Shown here: positions 39,315-49,122 of the stretch, in pieces | Layout: every line of letters begins with the position of its first letter | Numbering within the stretch: the first letter of the stretch is position 1 | Source of the DNA: Candidatus Latescibacterota bacterium | GTDB taxonomy: Bacteria > Latescibacterota > UBA2968 > UBA8231 | Length of the DNA: 64,000 nucleotides | Assembly: GCA_965206595.1 (NCBI GenBank) | Contig: OZ242214.1 | Coordinates: 1,394,986 to 1,458,985, forward strand | Direction: 5' to 3' | The notes under the pieces: model-generated | What the model saw: only the letters and a program-made list of their open reading frames with translations | Told to the model about the DNA's origin: nothing | The model's database searches: none | Position numbers and translations under genes: made by a program

Positions 39315-40398
39315 TTACTTGAGCAGTGTCATGCTGCGGGTCTCGATGCCGGCAGGAGACTGCAGACGGTAGAAGTAGGTGCCGCTGGAGAGGCCGTCGC
39401 CGCTGAGCTCGACCCGGTAGGTTCCCGCCTGGCGAAAGTCGCTGACAAGGGTGCCGATGTGCTGGCCGAGGGCATTGTAGAGATTGAGCCGGACCTCTCC
39501 CGGCTGCGGGAGCGAGTACCTGATGGTAGTGGACGGGTTCCAGGGATTGGGATAGTTCTGAACCAGGTAGAAATCGGATGGCGCCCGGAGATCGCGCTTT
39601 CGGAAGCGACTACCGTCTCCACGCCCTGAACGAGGATTCCGAGGTGGTCGAGAAAGGTCCAGCCGGCCATCCAGAGATTGTCGGCGTCGAAGGCCCCGCG
39701 ATATGCGACTGCCTGGAAGAAACCGTCATCCGGGGGCGGCACGGCGCCTGACAGGGCCGGGCTGCCGGACATCGGGCGGGGGTCGAGGGCGCCGTCGTTG
39801 GTGCGGGAGATGCCGGTCAGCTGCACGGTACTGTAGCGATCGCCGAGCCCGCGGATGTAGACGTACTTCCCTTCCATTACAGTTGCGCCGGAAACGTGAG
39901 ACATGGCTTCGGCGGCATTGCCGCTGCCGGCGCGGGAGATGTCCTCGGAGCTGATCGCATCGCTTACCGCTGGCGCCTTCTGCCGTTCCTTGAGCAGCGA
40001 TGCCTCGGTGTTTCGCAGGGCGCGAACCTCGACTACCACCTCGTCGACGGCGATCGCTTCCGAGGTCAGGACGAGATCGAGGCGCAGAACCTCGCCGGCT
40101 GCGACCACTGCCTCGGTTACGGTCACGGTGTTGTAGCCGATCATCGAGCTTTCGATCTCGTAGGTGCCGGCCGGGACGTCGGGGATCCTGAAGTCCCCCT
40201 CGATTCCGGTCACCGTGCCGAACCCGGTCTCCTTGAGGTAGACGTACGCACCGACGAGGGGTCTCCCGTTTCCCCGTCGATGATGTCGCCTGCTACAATA
40301 CCGGTTTGTGCGCCCGCTTCCGAGGGCCCGGCGATGGGAAGCAGGGCGCCGAGAAGCAGTGCGCCGAATACCTGGGTCGATCTGTGATTCTGCCGCAT
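39315..40398 (-). pseudogene. Secreted CarbopepD_reg-domain protein with T9SS (Por) C-terminal sorting domain, interrupted by two frameshifts
   Basis: Signal peptide MRQNHRSTQVFGALLLGALLPIAG (GGGAGAAAA RBS) in ORF 40210..40437; CarbopepD_reg/plug-like region in ORF 39329..40213 (GIEGDFRIPDVPAGTYEI...GKYVYIRGLGDRYSTVQLTGI); a third frame ends with a type-A T9SS CTD (FYLVQNYPNPWNPSTTIRYSLPQPGEVRLNLYNALGQ...GTYFYRLQSPAGIETRSMTLLK, stop 39315-39317). Shifts near 40240 and 39580. Confidence 0.55.
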
Positions 40399-40592
40399 GA
40401 CGGGTGATTTTCTCCCAGGAGGTGAAGTGGATCCCACAGCTTGAGAATTGTAACCGGCAGCGATGGAGGGAGAGTTACGGAATTGTGACGATTGCGTGTC
40501 GCCAAAGCGGCTGGGTGGTTACCACAAGGACGGGCCCCGGCGATCGTAACCGGATCGCTATGAAGAGCCGGGCGCTCCCGCGGTTCAGCGAT

Positions 40593-42602
40593 TCAGTAGG
40601 TAAGCGGAAAGGAGGCTACCGCGGTATCGGTTCCGGAGTCCGCCCTCACGGTAAGGCGCAGCAGGTAAATGCCCGGGGGCAGGAGTCCGCCCGTTTTACG
40701 TCCGCGGCCGTCCCATGAAGCCCAAAAGCGGCCGCTGCCCCTGCCCGAGGTCTCCAGGTCTGCCACCCGCCTGCCCCTCAGGTCCAGGACCTCCAGGCTC
40801 ATGGGCACGTTTCCGGCAAGATTGACCAGCTCGTATTGGATTTCGAGGGCCTCGTTGACCCCGTCCCCGTCGGGAGTGAGGGCCGTGAGGGACAGTTTCT
40901 GGATCGAGCGCTTACGGGGGTTCCGGGCTCTGACGGTCAGCCCCTGCCCATCTGTCCGCGGGTCGACGTCTCCCGGGGCAATCCGATGGCGGACTTCTCT
41001 CGGCCTGGTGCTGTCGAACACCCTGCCGGAGAACAGGGTAGACGCCTGAAAGACCTCGGCGCGAAAGTCGATCTCGATCGGTTCACCGGTGAGCTGAATA
41101 TCGATGAAGGGCAGGCGCACCACGGTGTATCGGCCGTTCCAGGGTTCCACCTCGTACTCGTCGCTGCCGAGGGTTCTCGCTCCGATCCGCACCTCGTCGA
41201 CGGACGGGGCGACCGGCACGTCGAACTGAATGCTGTCAAACCCGGAGTCCTCCTCGGAGACGACGGCAAACAGTTTGTAGGTGAAGGAAGTCACCTCCCC
41301 GAAGCGGGTCTCCGGTGGGACGATTTCAGCGGTGATGAGCGAGGCTACCGGGGGTTGGGTGATTTCGAATTGGAGATAGTCCATTCTGCCGCCGGTGTTG
41401 CTGGTCGAGCGGAAATCGATGGCGAACTGCGCGAACCGGTGCGGCAGGGTGGTGGCGAGATCCAGCCGGCCTGACGCAAACTCCGCGGGAGCAGTCCAGA
41501 ATTTCCAGTTCTGGCTGTCGGGGGTGATGCCGGCCGCTTCCCCTCCTTCGAGACGTCCGTAGGCTTGACGGGTCAATTCCACCCCGCCGGCGTCGAAACG
41601 CGACCTTCGATCTCCCCGGAAAGTATTGCGCCAGTATTGGTGCGGGTCTTCGTCGGTGCCGCTGCGGGCGCTGATCCTTACACTGGCTCCGGGGGATGCT
41701 TCTCCGTTCCAGTACACGGCGTCGAGGCTTGCCCGGCCGCCCAGGTCGATTATGCCCGAGATGTAACCGGCTTCCGGGACGTACCCGTCGCCGTAGATCT
41801 CGAACTCGGCGATCTCCCACAGGTCCAACGGGGCGGTTAGCACGACCGCCTGAACCGCGCGGCCGATTTCAAGTTCGAACTCGGCACTAGTGTTCTCGAA
41901 GTCCTCGAACAGGACGTCGAATTCGAGGTGCCCGACCTGAAGCGGAAGCTCGCGCGTCGGGCCGCCGAACTTGAACCGATTCAGCAGTCCCGGCACTTCT
42001 CCCGGGCGAATGGGACTGCCCTCGGCGACACCTAGTGTCAGCTCGGGTATGAAGCGGTCGTGGGCGTGATCGGGACGGGTTCCGAAGCGGATGCGGCTGA
42101 TGTTGTAGGGATTGCCGAGATTGAAGACGAGGATCTTGTAGTCGACAACGCAGTCGCAGCCGGGATCGTACAGGGCCATGGCGTTGTAGCTGCCCGATTG
42201 CCCCTCCGAAGACCTCTTTCCCGCGGAGCCTTCGTACACGCTCGCGGGATTGCCGTCGAACAGATTGTCGATCTGGGGTTCGTTCTGCAGCCGTCCCGCG
42301 GTGGTGGAAACGCGGACGGAGCCGCCTTTGTCCCGTATCGAGGGGGTCAGGTTTTCGTCGGGAGAAACAAACACCGGGGCGATGGCGCCGTTCTCGAAAG
42401 CGATCAGTCGAGTGGAGCCGAACTCACTGGCGGCGGCCTCCTCCCATGTGATCTGGACCAGATCGACCCCTTCCGGGGCAGGAAGGTCCTGCCCGCCGAC
42501 GCGGACAATCGTCAGTGCCCCAGGGTCCCGGGATGACCACAGGAAAACCGAGAGTGCGACAATGAGTGCAGTTGCCGGGTGTTTCAACCCAACCCCGCGC
42601 AT
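40593..42602 (-). CDS. Secreted protein with discoidin-like N-terminal region and T9SS type-B/FlgD-Ig-like C-terminal domain
   Basis: Start at internal ATG 42602 (MRGVGLKHPATALIVALSVFLWSS signal peptide); DNLFDGNPASVYEG resembles F5/8 type C; C-terminus LTPDGDGVNEALEIQYEL...RFWASWDGRGRKTGGLLPPGIYLLRLTV matches gliding-motility/T9SS type-B-like domains. Confidence 0.55.
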   Translation of the reverse strand: MRGVGLKHPATALIVALSVFLWSSRDPGALTIVRVGGQDLPAPEGVDLVQITWEEAAASEFGSTRLIAFENGAIAPVFVSPDENLTPSIRDKGGSVRVSTTAGRLQNEPQIDNLFDGNPASVYEGSAGKRSSEGQSGSYNAMALYDPGCDCVVDYKILVFNLGNPYNISRIRFGTRPDHAHDRFIPELTLGVAEGSPIRPGEVPGLLNRFKFGGPTRELPLQVGHLEFDVLFEDFENTSAEFELEIGRAVQAVVLTAPLDLWEIAEFEIYGDGYVPEAGYISGIIDLGGRASLDAVYWNGEASPGASVRISARSGTDEDPHQYWRNTFRGDRRSRFDAGGVELTRQAYGRLEGGEAAGITPDSQNWKFWTAPAEFASGRLDLATTLPHRFAQFAIDFRSTSNTGGRMDYLQFEITQPPVASLITAEIVPPETRFGEVTSFTYKLFAVVSEEDSGFDSIQFDVPVAPSVDEVRIGARTLGSDEYEVEPWNGRYTVVRLPFIDIQLTGEPIEIDFRAEVFQASTLFSGRVFDSTRPREVRHRIAPGDVDPRTDGQGLTVRARNPRKRSIQKLSLTALTPDGDGVNEALEIQYELVNLAGNVPMSLEVLDLRGRRVADLETSGRGSGRFWASWDGRGRKTGGLLPPGIYLLRLTVRADSGTDTAVASFPLTY

Positions 42603-42696
42603 CTTTGCATAAAGACCCCGGAAACCGCAAGCCGTGCACTGTTGCATTGGAGCGGGACGGGGGGGTTGCAAACCATTGGGCTGGCCGGCGAAGGTG

Positions 42697-44439
42697 TCAT
42701 TCGTACAGCTCGACCGCCGTTTCCCCGCGGGCAAAGCGCTGCGCCGTCTGCGCGGCCGACTGGGAGCCGATGCTGCGGCGGGCGTCCGTCGCCCAGCGGG
42801 CCAGGCCGACCAGAAGCTGGCCCCGGGCCGGATGCCCTGCGCAGTGCTCCCACTCGTCGAACACGGTGCGCAGCGTGTGCAGCAGCGACCAGCCGTTGTC
42901 GTCCTTGAGAATCGTCAGGCCGAGCTCGGACAGCAGCCGGTTCCCGGAGTGACCGCTGTTGAGGTAGTCTCGGGTCATGCGGCCGATGTCGCGGATCCGG
43001 ATCGACTCGACGGCCTCCAGGATAGCCTGCAGGGCCCCGTCGGCGGCGGGGTTCTCTCCCTGTTCCGGTTCGGAGCCTCGCCCCGGACGCTCGGTAAGTT
43101 TCCTGGTCGAGATGTTGAGCCAGCGGTTGTCGAAGAAGCGCCAGGCCGCGTGATAGCAGGCGCGCGCGGCAATGGCGAAACCGGCCTGTTTCTCAATTGA
43201 CCTGAGGCTCGAACCCAGAGCCATTTCCCATGCCAGGTCGTGCCAGCCAGGGCTCATGCCGACCGGCGTGCGCGCCATGCGGTCGGCCGCCAGCAGCACC
43301 ATGGTCGTGGCGATCCGGTCTATCGAGGCCCCCTGTCTCAAGACCTCGGAAACGGCCCCGAAGGTCGTGGCGATATCCCCGCTCACCAGGGCATCGGAAA
43401 ATGCGTTCTCGTCGAAATCCCCGCCTCCGCCCTGCTTCGATGCCTCTTCGATCACTGCATCGGCGGCGGTGAACAGATCCATGGCCTCGCGCAGCACGTC
43501 CATCGGAACGGGCCGGCCGCGGCCGAGCATCTTTCCGGCGAGGTTGCAGACCAGCTCCTCGCTCAGATCCCATCCGAACTCGTCGAGCAGCTCGGCGAGA
43601 TGGGTGAGGTTCCTCAGGTTGTCCTGTTGCCCCAGGAAGTGGGGCAGCACCGCGCACTCCAGCAGCAGGGGAACGATGGCGCCGTCGTGACCCCGCAGGC
43701 GGCGCGCGGTTATCAGGCACTTCTCGATCCCCTCAGGCATCTTGTCGGAAGCGAAGAAGCGAACCCATCCGGCGAGCTTCGGCCAGTCGACCGGCGGCGG
43801 CAGAGGTTCCACCTGAGGGCGGTCCCCCGCCGTTCCCGCGGCGGCCGAGGCTGCCATCATCAGGGGGATCAGGCGGTCCTCCGGCTCGTAGCGCCGCGCC
43901 ACGTTCAACCCGTTGACGAACTGGGCGACGTCGTGGCCCCCGTTCTCGTGCCGGTGGGTGGTGATGTGCCCGCCCATGTGGCGCACGATCAGCTCCAGGG
44001 TTTCCCGCTCAGACACACCCTTGGCCAGCAGGATGGCGATCGCCTTCGACAGCGTCCAGCTGTCGCCGTTGTTGAGACCCTCCTGCAGCAGCAGGAAGTG
44101 GGCGTCGGGGCGCTTCGAGCCGCCACTGGCCACGTCGACGAAGACAGCCCCGTCCCGCACCTGCACCGGGAAGGTGTCGAGATCGTCGCAGCCCCCCGTA
44201 AAGCAGCCACCGCCCGCCATGTCGTAGCTGTACCCGTGCCAGTCGCAGGTGAGGACGCCTCCGCGGGCGATCCCCCTGGTGAGGGGGTAGCCCATGTGGG
44301 GACATTGGTTGTCGGTCGCATACAGCTCGCCGTCGTGAAGGAACAGGGCGACGCTGTGCCCATCCACCCGCACCGCTTTCGGCTTTCCCTCCTCGACCTC
44401 GGCGAGGTCGGCAACCCTCGCGAAGCTGTCCTTCATCAT
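42697..44439 (-). CDS. Rieske [2Fe-2S]-domain fusion protein, paralog 1 (N-terminal Rieske + ~450-aa domain of unknown function)
   Basis: Rieske ligand boxes CPHMGYPLTRG and CDWHGYSYDM about 17 residues apart; no family recognised for the C-terminal domain; conserved blocks shared with paralog 2 (e.g. LLAADRMARTPV). Confidence 0.8.
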   Translation of the reverse strand: MMKDSFARVADLAEVEEGKPKAVRVDGHSVALFLHDGELYATDNQCPHMGYPLTRGIARGGVLTCDWHGYSYDMAGGGCFTGGCDDLDTFPVQVRDGAVFVDVASGGSKRPDAHFLLLQEGLNNGDSWTLSKAIAILLAKGVSERETLELIVRHMGGHITTHRHENGGHDVAQFVNGLNVARRYEPEDRLIPLMMAASAAAGTAGDRPQVEPLPPPVDWPKLAGWVRFFASDKMPEGIEKCLITARRLRGHDGAIVPLLLECAVLPHFLGQQDNLRNLTHLAELLDEFGWDLSEELVCNLAGKMLGRGRPVPMDVLREAMDLFTAADAVIEEASKQGGGGDFDENAFSDALVSGDIATTFGAVSEVLRQGASIDRIATTMVLLAADRMARTPVGMSPGWHDLAWEMALGSSLRSIEKQAGFAIAARACYHAAWRFFDNRWLNISTRKLTERPGRGSEPEQGENPAADGALQAILEAVESIRIRDIGRMTRDYLNSGHSGNRLLSELGLTILKDDNGWSLLHTLRTVFDEWEHCAGHPARGQLLVGLARWATDARRSIGSQSAAQTAQRFARGETAVELYE

Positions 44440-44449
44440 GATCTCCTCT

Positions 44450-46216
44450 TCAATCGTCGAAGACGCCTACGGTGGTGCGGCCCTCGGCGAACCGCATCGC
44501 CGTGGTCGTGGCCGATCCGCTCTCCGCGTTGGTGCGGATGTCGGTGGCGTAGCGGGCGAGGGCGACCAGCAGCTGGGGCCTCGAGGGATGTCCGCACCCG
44601 GCCGCAGGGTCACCGGAGCCGCCCGCCTCCCACTCCTCCGAGATGGTGCGCAGCGTGGGCAGCAGCTGCGGCCCTGTGTCGTTCCAGAGAATCAGTCGCC
44701 CTAGCTCATGGAGAAGCCGACTGCCGTCGAAACCGGCATGCAGATAGGCGTGGACCTGGTCGCCGACTTGGGCGACCTGCAGGGTTTCCACCGAGCCGGT
44801 GATGGCGGCGATGCCGGCCTCCTCGGTTGCCCAGGCGTGCTCCCGCGCCGGCTCCGGGGTTGCGCTCAGGGGGTGCCTTGAGATGTTGAGCCAGCGATCG
44901 TCGAACAGCTGCCAGGCGAGGTGAAACAGACCCATGACGGCGACGCGATCTCCAGCTTCGGCCTGAGCGGTTCGCAGCGACCGGGCGAGATTCAGTTCCT
45001 GGGTCAGACACCCCCAGCCGGCATCGACGTTGACGGGAGTTCGGGCCATGCGGTCGGCGGCGAGCAGGACAAAGGTGGTGATCAGGCGTTCCAGGCGGAC
45101 CCCGGAGGCCAGGGCCGTGGCGACCCCGTCGAAAGAGCGATCGATGTCGACGCTCAACAGCGCTTCAACCAGGGCATCTTCGTCGTATTCGATCCGGGTG
45201 CGATCGCTTTCCGCGGCGCTGTCGATCGCCTGTCTGAGGGAGATCATCTTGTCGATGGCGTCCCGCTTGAACAGCTGCGGCTCGCCCCGCCGCTGGCCGA
45301 CGGTCTTGGAGCCGAGATTCAGGGTGAGCTCGGAGGCCGCTTCCCAGCCGAAGGATTGGGTCAGCTCGGTCAGGTACCCCAGGGTCTGGAGATTGTCGCT
45401 GAATCCGAGAAAGCCGGGCTGCGCGGCGCATTCGTACAGCAGCGGAAGGATGCGGCCCTCGTCCCCCTTGAGCCGCGCGGTGAAAAGGCACCTCTCGATG
45501 CGGTTATCCTGGCCGTTGCGGGAGAAGAGCCGCACCCAACTGGCGATGCGGTCCCAGGTGACCGGCTCCGGCAGGACGACCACCTCGAGGCGCTCCGACG
45601 CTTCCCCGGCGACGCAGGTGGCCGCGGTGGCCAGCGCCATCAGGCGGTCCTCGCCGTCGTAGCGGCGGCCGATGGCTATCCCGTTGACGAAGCGGGCGAG
45701 ATCGACGCCGGCGCCGGCGCCCCGCGAGCTGGCAACGTGTCTGCCGAAATGCCTGAGGATGACGGCGACGATGTCGCTTTCCGGTACCCGTCCGCGCAGC
45801 ATCAGGGCCATGGCCTTGGAGATCGTCCAGCGGTCCTCGTGCAGTAGTCCTTCACGCAGCAGCCGCAGGTGCTGCTCCCTGCGGCGGTAGGCCCCATCTC
45901 CCGGGCGAATCCAGACCTCCTCGCCGCGAACCTCTACGGGAAACACCTCGAGGTCGTCGCACATGTTGTTGAAACAGCCGCCCCCCTCGAGGTCGAAGCG
46001 GCGTCCGTGCCAGTCGCAGGTGAGAACGCCGTTGCGGATCGCCCCGCGCGTCAGCGGGTATCCCATGTGGGGACACTGGTTGTCGGTGGCGTAAATGCGG
46101 CCCTCGACGTTGAATAGGGCGATGCTGCGCCCTTGGCCGACCCGGACGGCCTTGGCGCCTCCCGGTTCTATCTCTTTCAAAGCCGCTACTCTGGTCCAAC
46201 CGTTTGCCGTTGCCAT
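44450..46216 (-). CDS. Rieske [2Fe-2S]-domain fusion protein, paralog 2 (tandem duplicate)
   Basis: Same architecture: CPHMGYPLTRG ... CDWHGRRFDLEGGGCF, collinear C-terminal domain (TTFVLLAADRMARTPV); 10 bp upstream of paralog 1 on the same strand. Confidence 0.8.
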   Translation of the reverse strand: MATANGWTRVAALKEIEPGGAKAVRVGQGRSIALFNVEGRIYATDNQCPHMGYPLTRGAIRNGVLTCDWHGRRFDLEGGGCFNNMCDDLEVFPVEVRGEEVWIRPGDGAYRRREQHLRLLREGLLHEDRWTISKAMALMLRGRVPESDIVAVILRHFGRHVASSRGAGAGVDLARFVNGIAIGRRYDGEDRLMALATAATCVAGEASERLEVVVLPEPVTWDRIASWVRLFSRNGQDNRIERCLFTARLKGDEGRILPLLYECAAQPGFLGFSDNLQTLGYLTELTQSFGWEAASELTLNLGSKTVGQRRGEPQLFKRDAIDKMISLRQAIDSAAESDRTRIEYDEDALVEALLSVDIDRSFDGVATALASGVRLERLITTFVLLAADRMARTPVNVDAGWGCLTQELNLARSLRTAQAEAGDRVAVMGLFHLAWQLFDDRWLNISRHPLSATPEPAREHAWATEEAGIAAITGSVETLQVAQVGDQVHAYLHAGFDGSRLLHELGRLILWNDTGPQLLPTLRTISEEWEAGGSGDPAAGCGHPSRPQLLVALARYATDIRTNAESGSATTTAMRFAEGRTTVGVFDD

Positions 46217-46263
46217 TTCCTATTTCGATTTGTCGAGGCAGTGCCGGGATTGCCCGCCGGGGA

Positions 46264-47172
46264 TCACCGGGCCGCCTTGACCCCGGGCATGGCCGGGACG
46301 TAGGACTGCCGGCGCCGATTTCCCGATGTCCATGCGGCGTCGGCGGGGTGGTGCTCCTCAAGCCATTCCCGCAGCGGGGCTTCGCCCTTTTCTGGCGCGT
46401 ACGCGCTGTTGTTGCTCGGGTTGTCGCGGAGCAGCTGCCGCCGGATCGAGTCGAGCCCTGGGTAGAGGTGTTGGACGGTCATGTCGTCCTTGGGCAGCAG
46501 CCAGCGGTAGCTGTAGCCCATCATCAGCATCTTGCGCGTCTCGTGCCAGCTGTTGACGCTGCGGCTGTGCCAGATGCGGCGGTCGATGATGACGGAGGTG
46601 CCGGGCGGCACGCACAGGGGAATCGCCCCCTCCGGGCTGGAGCGGCCGTCTTCGGGAACGTCGATTTCGTCGTGCAGGTGCGATCCCGGGACGATAAGTG
46701 TGTTGCCGCGGCCGGTCCCGGACATGTCGCTGACGAAGAAGAAGACTTTGATGGAAAGCCGTGGGCGCGGCGTCGCCTCGATTTCGTCGTTAACCCGCAT
46801 GCTGTCCTGGTGCCAGGCCACGGTGGGGCCCGATCGCCGCCGGTCCGGGTCGCCCGGGGGGGTCACCAACAGGCCGGAGTGGTAGATGCAGATGTTCCAG
46901 CCGAGTATTCCCCAGACCTTGGGGAAGGTGGTCTCCCAGTCGATCAGGTCGAGAAACAGGGGGTTCTGGCCGATGATGTCGGGAATGTCGATGGGGTCGT
47001 GCGGCCCGAATCCATAGGCGCGCTGCTTTGCGGCGACCAGGCGGTCACAGGCATGCCGGAGGGCCTCGGTGCGGTCGGACGGCAGGGCGTCCGGAACGAC
47101 GAGGTAGCCCTGTTCCTCGAACTCGGCGCGCTCCGAATCGGTCAGGCAATGGGCCAGGCAGGAGGGAGTCAT
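46264..47172 (-). CDS. PhyH-family Fe(II)/2OG dioxygenase
   Basis: N-terminal LTDSERAEFEEQGYLVVPD, H-x-D (AWHQDSMR), distal His/Arg (IWHSRSVNSWHETRK); 47 bp upstream of Rieske paralog 2. Confidence 0.85.
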   Translation of the reverse strand: MTPSCLAHCLTDSERAEFEEQGYLVVPDALPSDRTEALRHACDRLVAAKQRAYGFGPHDPIDIPDIIGQNPLFLDLIDWETTFPKVWGILGWNICIYHSGLLVTPPGDPDRRRSGPTVAWHQDSMRVNDEIEATPRPRLSIKVFFFVSDMSGTGRGNTLIVPGSHLHDEIDVPEDGRSSPEGAIPLCVPPGTSVIIDRRIWHSRSVNSWHETRKMLMMGYSYRWLLPKDDMTVQHLYPGLDSIRRQLLRDNPSNNSAYAPEKGEAPLREWLEEHHPADAAWTSGNRRRQSYVPAMPGVKAAR

Positions 47173-47409
47173 GAGCAGAAAGATAGAACCGGGGACGGCC
47201 TATCCAAATAGTGTCAGGGGCAGGGATGCGAGGGCAAGCAGGGCGATGGCCAGGACCCGGAGGTAGCATCCCTTCGCGACTGTCGGCGTGCCATCAGGCG
47301 GTCGACACCTTACCATGATCGCCGCCGGTCCATGCCGCTACAGGCTAGTCCAAAACAGGGCAGGAATGAAACAACTTGGAATGCGGGGGAAACAGTGGTA
47401 CCGTTATGC

Positions 47410-48581
47410 TAGTGTCCTGTCGTATAATTAACTGTACAAACAATTGAAGGTGCCGTAGGTTTCTCTTATCCCCTTTCTGAAAGGAGAGACCTATGGTGAC
47501 GGGGCGTCCATTACCGCCGTTAGAGCTGAGTCCGTCGGACCGGGAACGATTGGAATCGATGGCCAAATCCCGGAGCCTTTCCCACGGGTTGGTGCGGCGA
47601 GCCGAGATTAGTCTGCTGGCCGCAGAAGGCTGGCCCAATGAAGCCGTCGCCGCCGCCGTGGGTGTGACGCGTGCTACGGTCGGCAAGTGGCGCCGGCGCT
47701 TTCTCGAAAACGGGCTCCCGGGCTTGCATGATGAGCTGCGCTCAGGGGCGCCACGATCGAGTACGGATGAACAGGTAGCCGAGGTGGTATACAAGACCCT
47801 GAAGACCAAGCCCAAAGACGAAACACAGTGGTCGGTGCGCTCCATGGGCGAAGAAACCGGCTTGACCAAGGACGCGGTTCATCGCATTTGGCGCACGTAT
47901 GGTTTGCAGCCCCATCGACACAAGCACTTCACGCTTTCCACCGATCCTTTCTTTGTCGACAAAGTACGGGATATCGTCGGCTTGTACCTGAATCCCCCCG
48001 AGCACGCCCTGGTGCTGTGCGTCGACGAGAAGAGCCGGATCCAGGCGTTGGAACGAAGTCAGCCCATGCTGCCCCTGGGACTGGGATACGTGGAAGGGAT
48101 TACGCACGATTACAAGCGCCATGGCACCACCACCCTGTTTGCCGCCTTGGACGTAGCCACCGGGGAAGTGATGACCCAGTGCAAGCCCCGTCATCGTCAC
48201 CAGGAGTTCCTTCAGTTCCTGCGCCACATCGAGGCCCACGTCCCCGCTGACCTCGATATTCATCTCGTCGTCGACAACTACGCCACGCATAAGCATGCCA
48301 AGGTCAAGCGATGGTTGGCACGGCGTCCCCGATTTCACGTTCACTACACCCCCACCTATGCTTCGTGGCTCAATCAGGTGGAGATCTGGTTCAATATCCT
48401 TACCCGCCAGGCGGTTCGCCGGGACTCGTTCCGCAAGGTGTCGGAGCTCATCGAGCGCATCGAACGCTACACGGCCAAATGGAACGCCAACGCACACCCT
48501 TTCGTGTGGACGGCTACGGCCGATTCCATCCTCGCGAAAATCAAGAGACTTTGCGAACGAATCTCTGCGACACAACACTAG
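47410..48581 (+). mobile_element. IS630/Tc1-mariner-family insertion sequence, copy 2 (intact)
   Basis: About 1.17 kb; TA at both junctions; same imperfect 11-bp terminal inverted repeats as copy 1; single intact transposase ORF. Confidence 0.85.
47493..48581 (+). CDS. IS630-family DDE transposase (intact, 362 aa)
   Basis: N-terminal helix-turn-helix-like region, DDE-type core ([15 protein letters not shown] ... [19 protein letters not shown] ... [12 protein letters not shown]); RBS GAAAGGAGAG. Confidence 0.9.
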   Translation: MVTGRPLPPLELSPSDRERLESMAKSRSLSHGLVRRAEISLLAAEGWPNEAVAAAVGVTRATVGKWRRRFLENGLPGLHDELRSGAPRSSTDEQVAEVVYKTLKTKPKDETQWSVRSMGEETGLTKDAVHRIWRTYGLQPHRHKHFTLSTDPFFVDKVRDIVGLYLNPPEHALVLCVDEKSRIQALERSQPMLPLGLGYVEGITHDYKRHGTTTLFAALDVATGEVMTQCKPRHRHQEFLQFLRHIEAHVPADLDIHLVVDNYATHKHAKVKRWLARRPRFHVHYTPTYASWLNQVEIWFNILTRQAVRRDSFRKVSELIERIERYTAKWNANAHPFVWTATADSILAKIKRLCERISATQH

Positions 48582-48611
48582 ATGGTATCCTCTCTTCAAG
48601 GAGGTAAACTC

Positions 48612-49097
48612 ATGGAGAAGCGGATGCTGATGGCAGGCGTCGCTCTCGCCTTCGCGAGCGCGGCCTGGGGGCAGTGCCCGAGTTCCGACGTTCTGGCGCC
48701 ATCCCAGGCCACCGTCCAACCCTACGGAAGCCACCAGGATCAGTTCATGCTGGTTTCGTGGGAGTCGGTCGAAGACGCAACGCGTTACACGATTTACTGG
48801 GAGATTTTCGTCGACTACCAGGTCGGTCCCAGTGGAGAGGTCGTCGAGCTCGACGAGCCACGGGTTTCCTTCGTGCCGCTGGGGACGGTGGATGCCCTGC
48901 TCGACAGCGAGATGCAGCGCGCGGTCTTTGGGACCGGGGATTCCGAGCCCACGGGCTGGGGCGTCACCGCCGACATGGATGTCCACGGCGAGTGGGTTTC
49001 GTCGCCGATGACGACTGCAAGCCTGGTCGTTCCCGAGACCACCACCGCTGTCGAAGCGGTGAGTTGGGCGGAGGTCAAGGCGACGGCCGCCGAGTAG
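48612..49097 (+). CDS. Small secreted hypothetical protein
   Basis: ATG 48612 with AAGGAGG RBS; signal peptide MEKRMLMAGVALAFASAAWG; followed by an intrinsic terminator. The IS630 copy 2 right end lies ~30 bp upstream. Confidence 0.6.
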   Translation: MEKRMLMAGVALAFASAAWGQCPSSDVLAPSQATVQPYGSHQDQFMLVSWESVEDATRYTIYWEIFVDYQVGPSGEVVELDEPRVSFVPLGTVDALLDSEMQRAVFGTGDSEPTGWGVTADMDVHGEWVSSPMTTASLVVPETTTAVEAVSWAEVKATAAE

Positions 49098-49122
49098 GCA
49101 CCTGCCACATCAGAAGTTCCGA

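Noticed and set aside
40438-40592. Palindromic segments (GCGATCCGGTTACGATCGC) in the leader of the T9SS-CTD gene, considered as a riboswitch or operator
   Set aside because: A single short hairpin with no match to any regulatory RNA or operator consensus I can recall; insufficient evidence.
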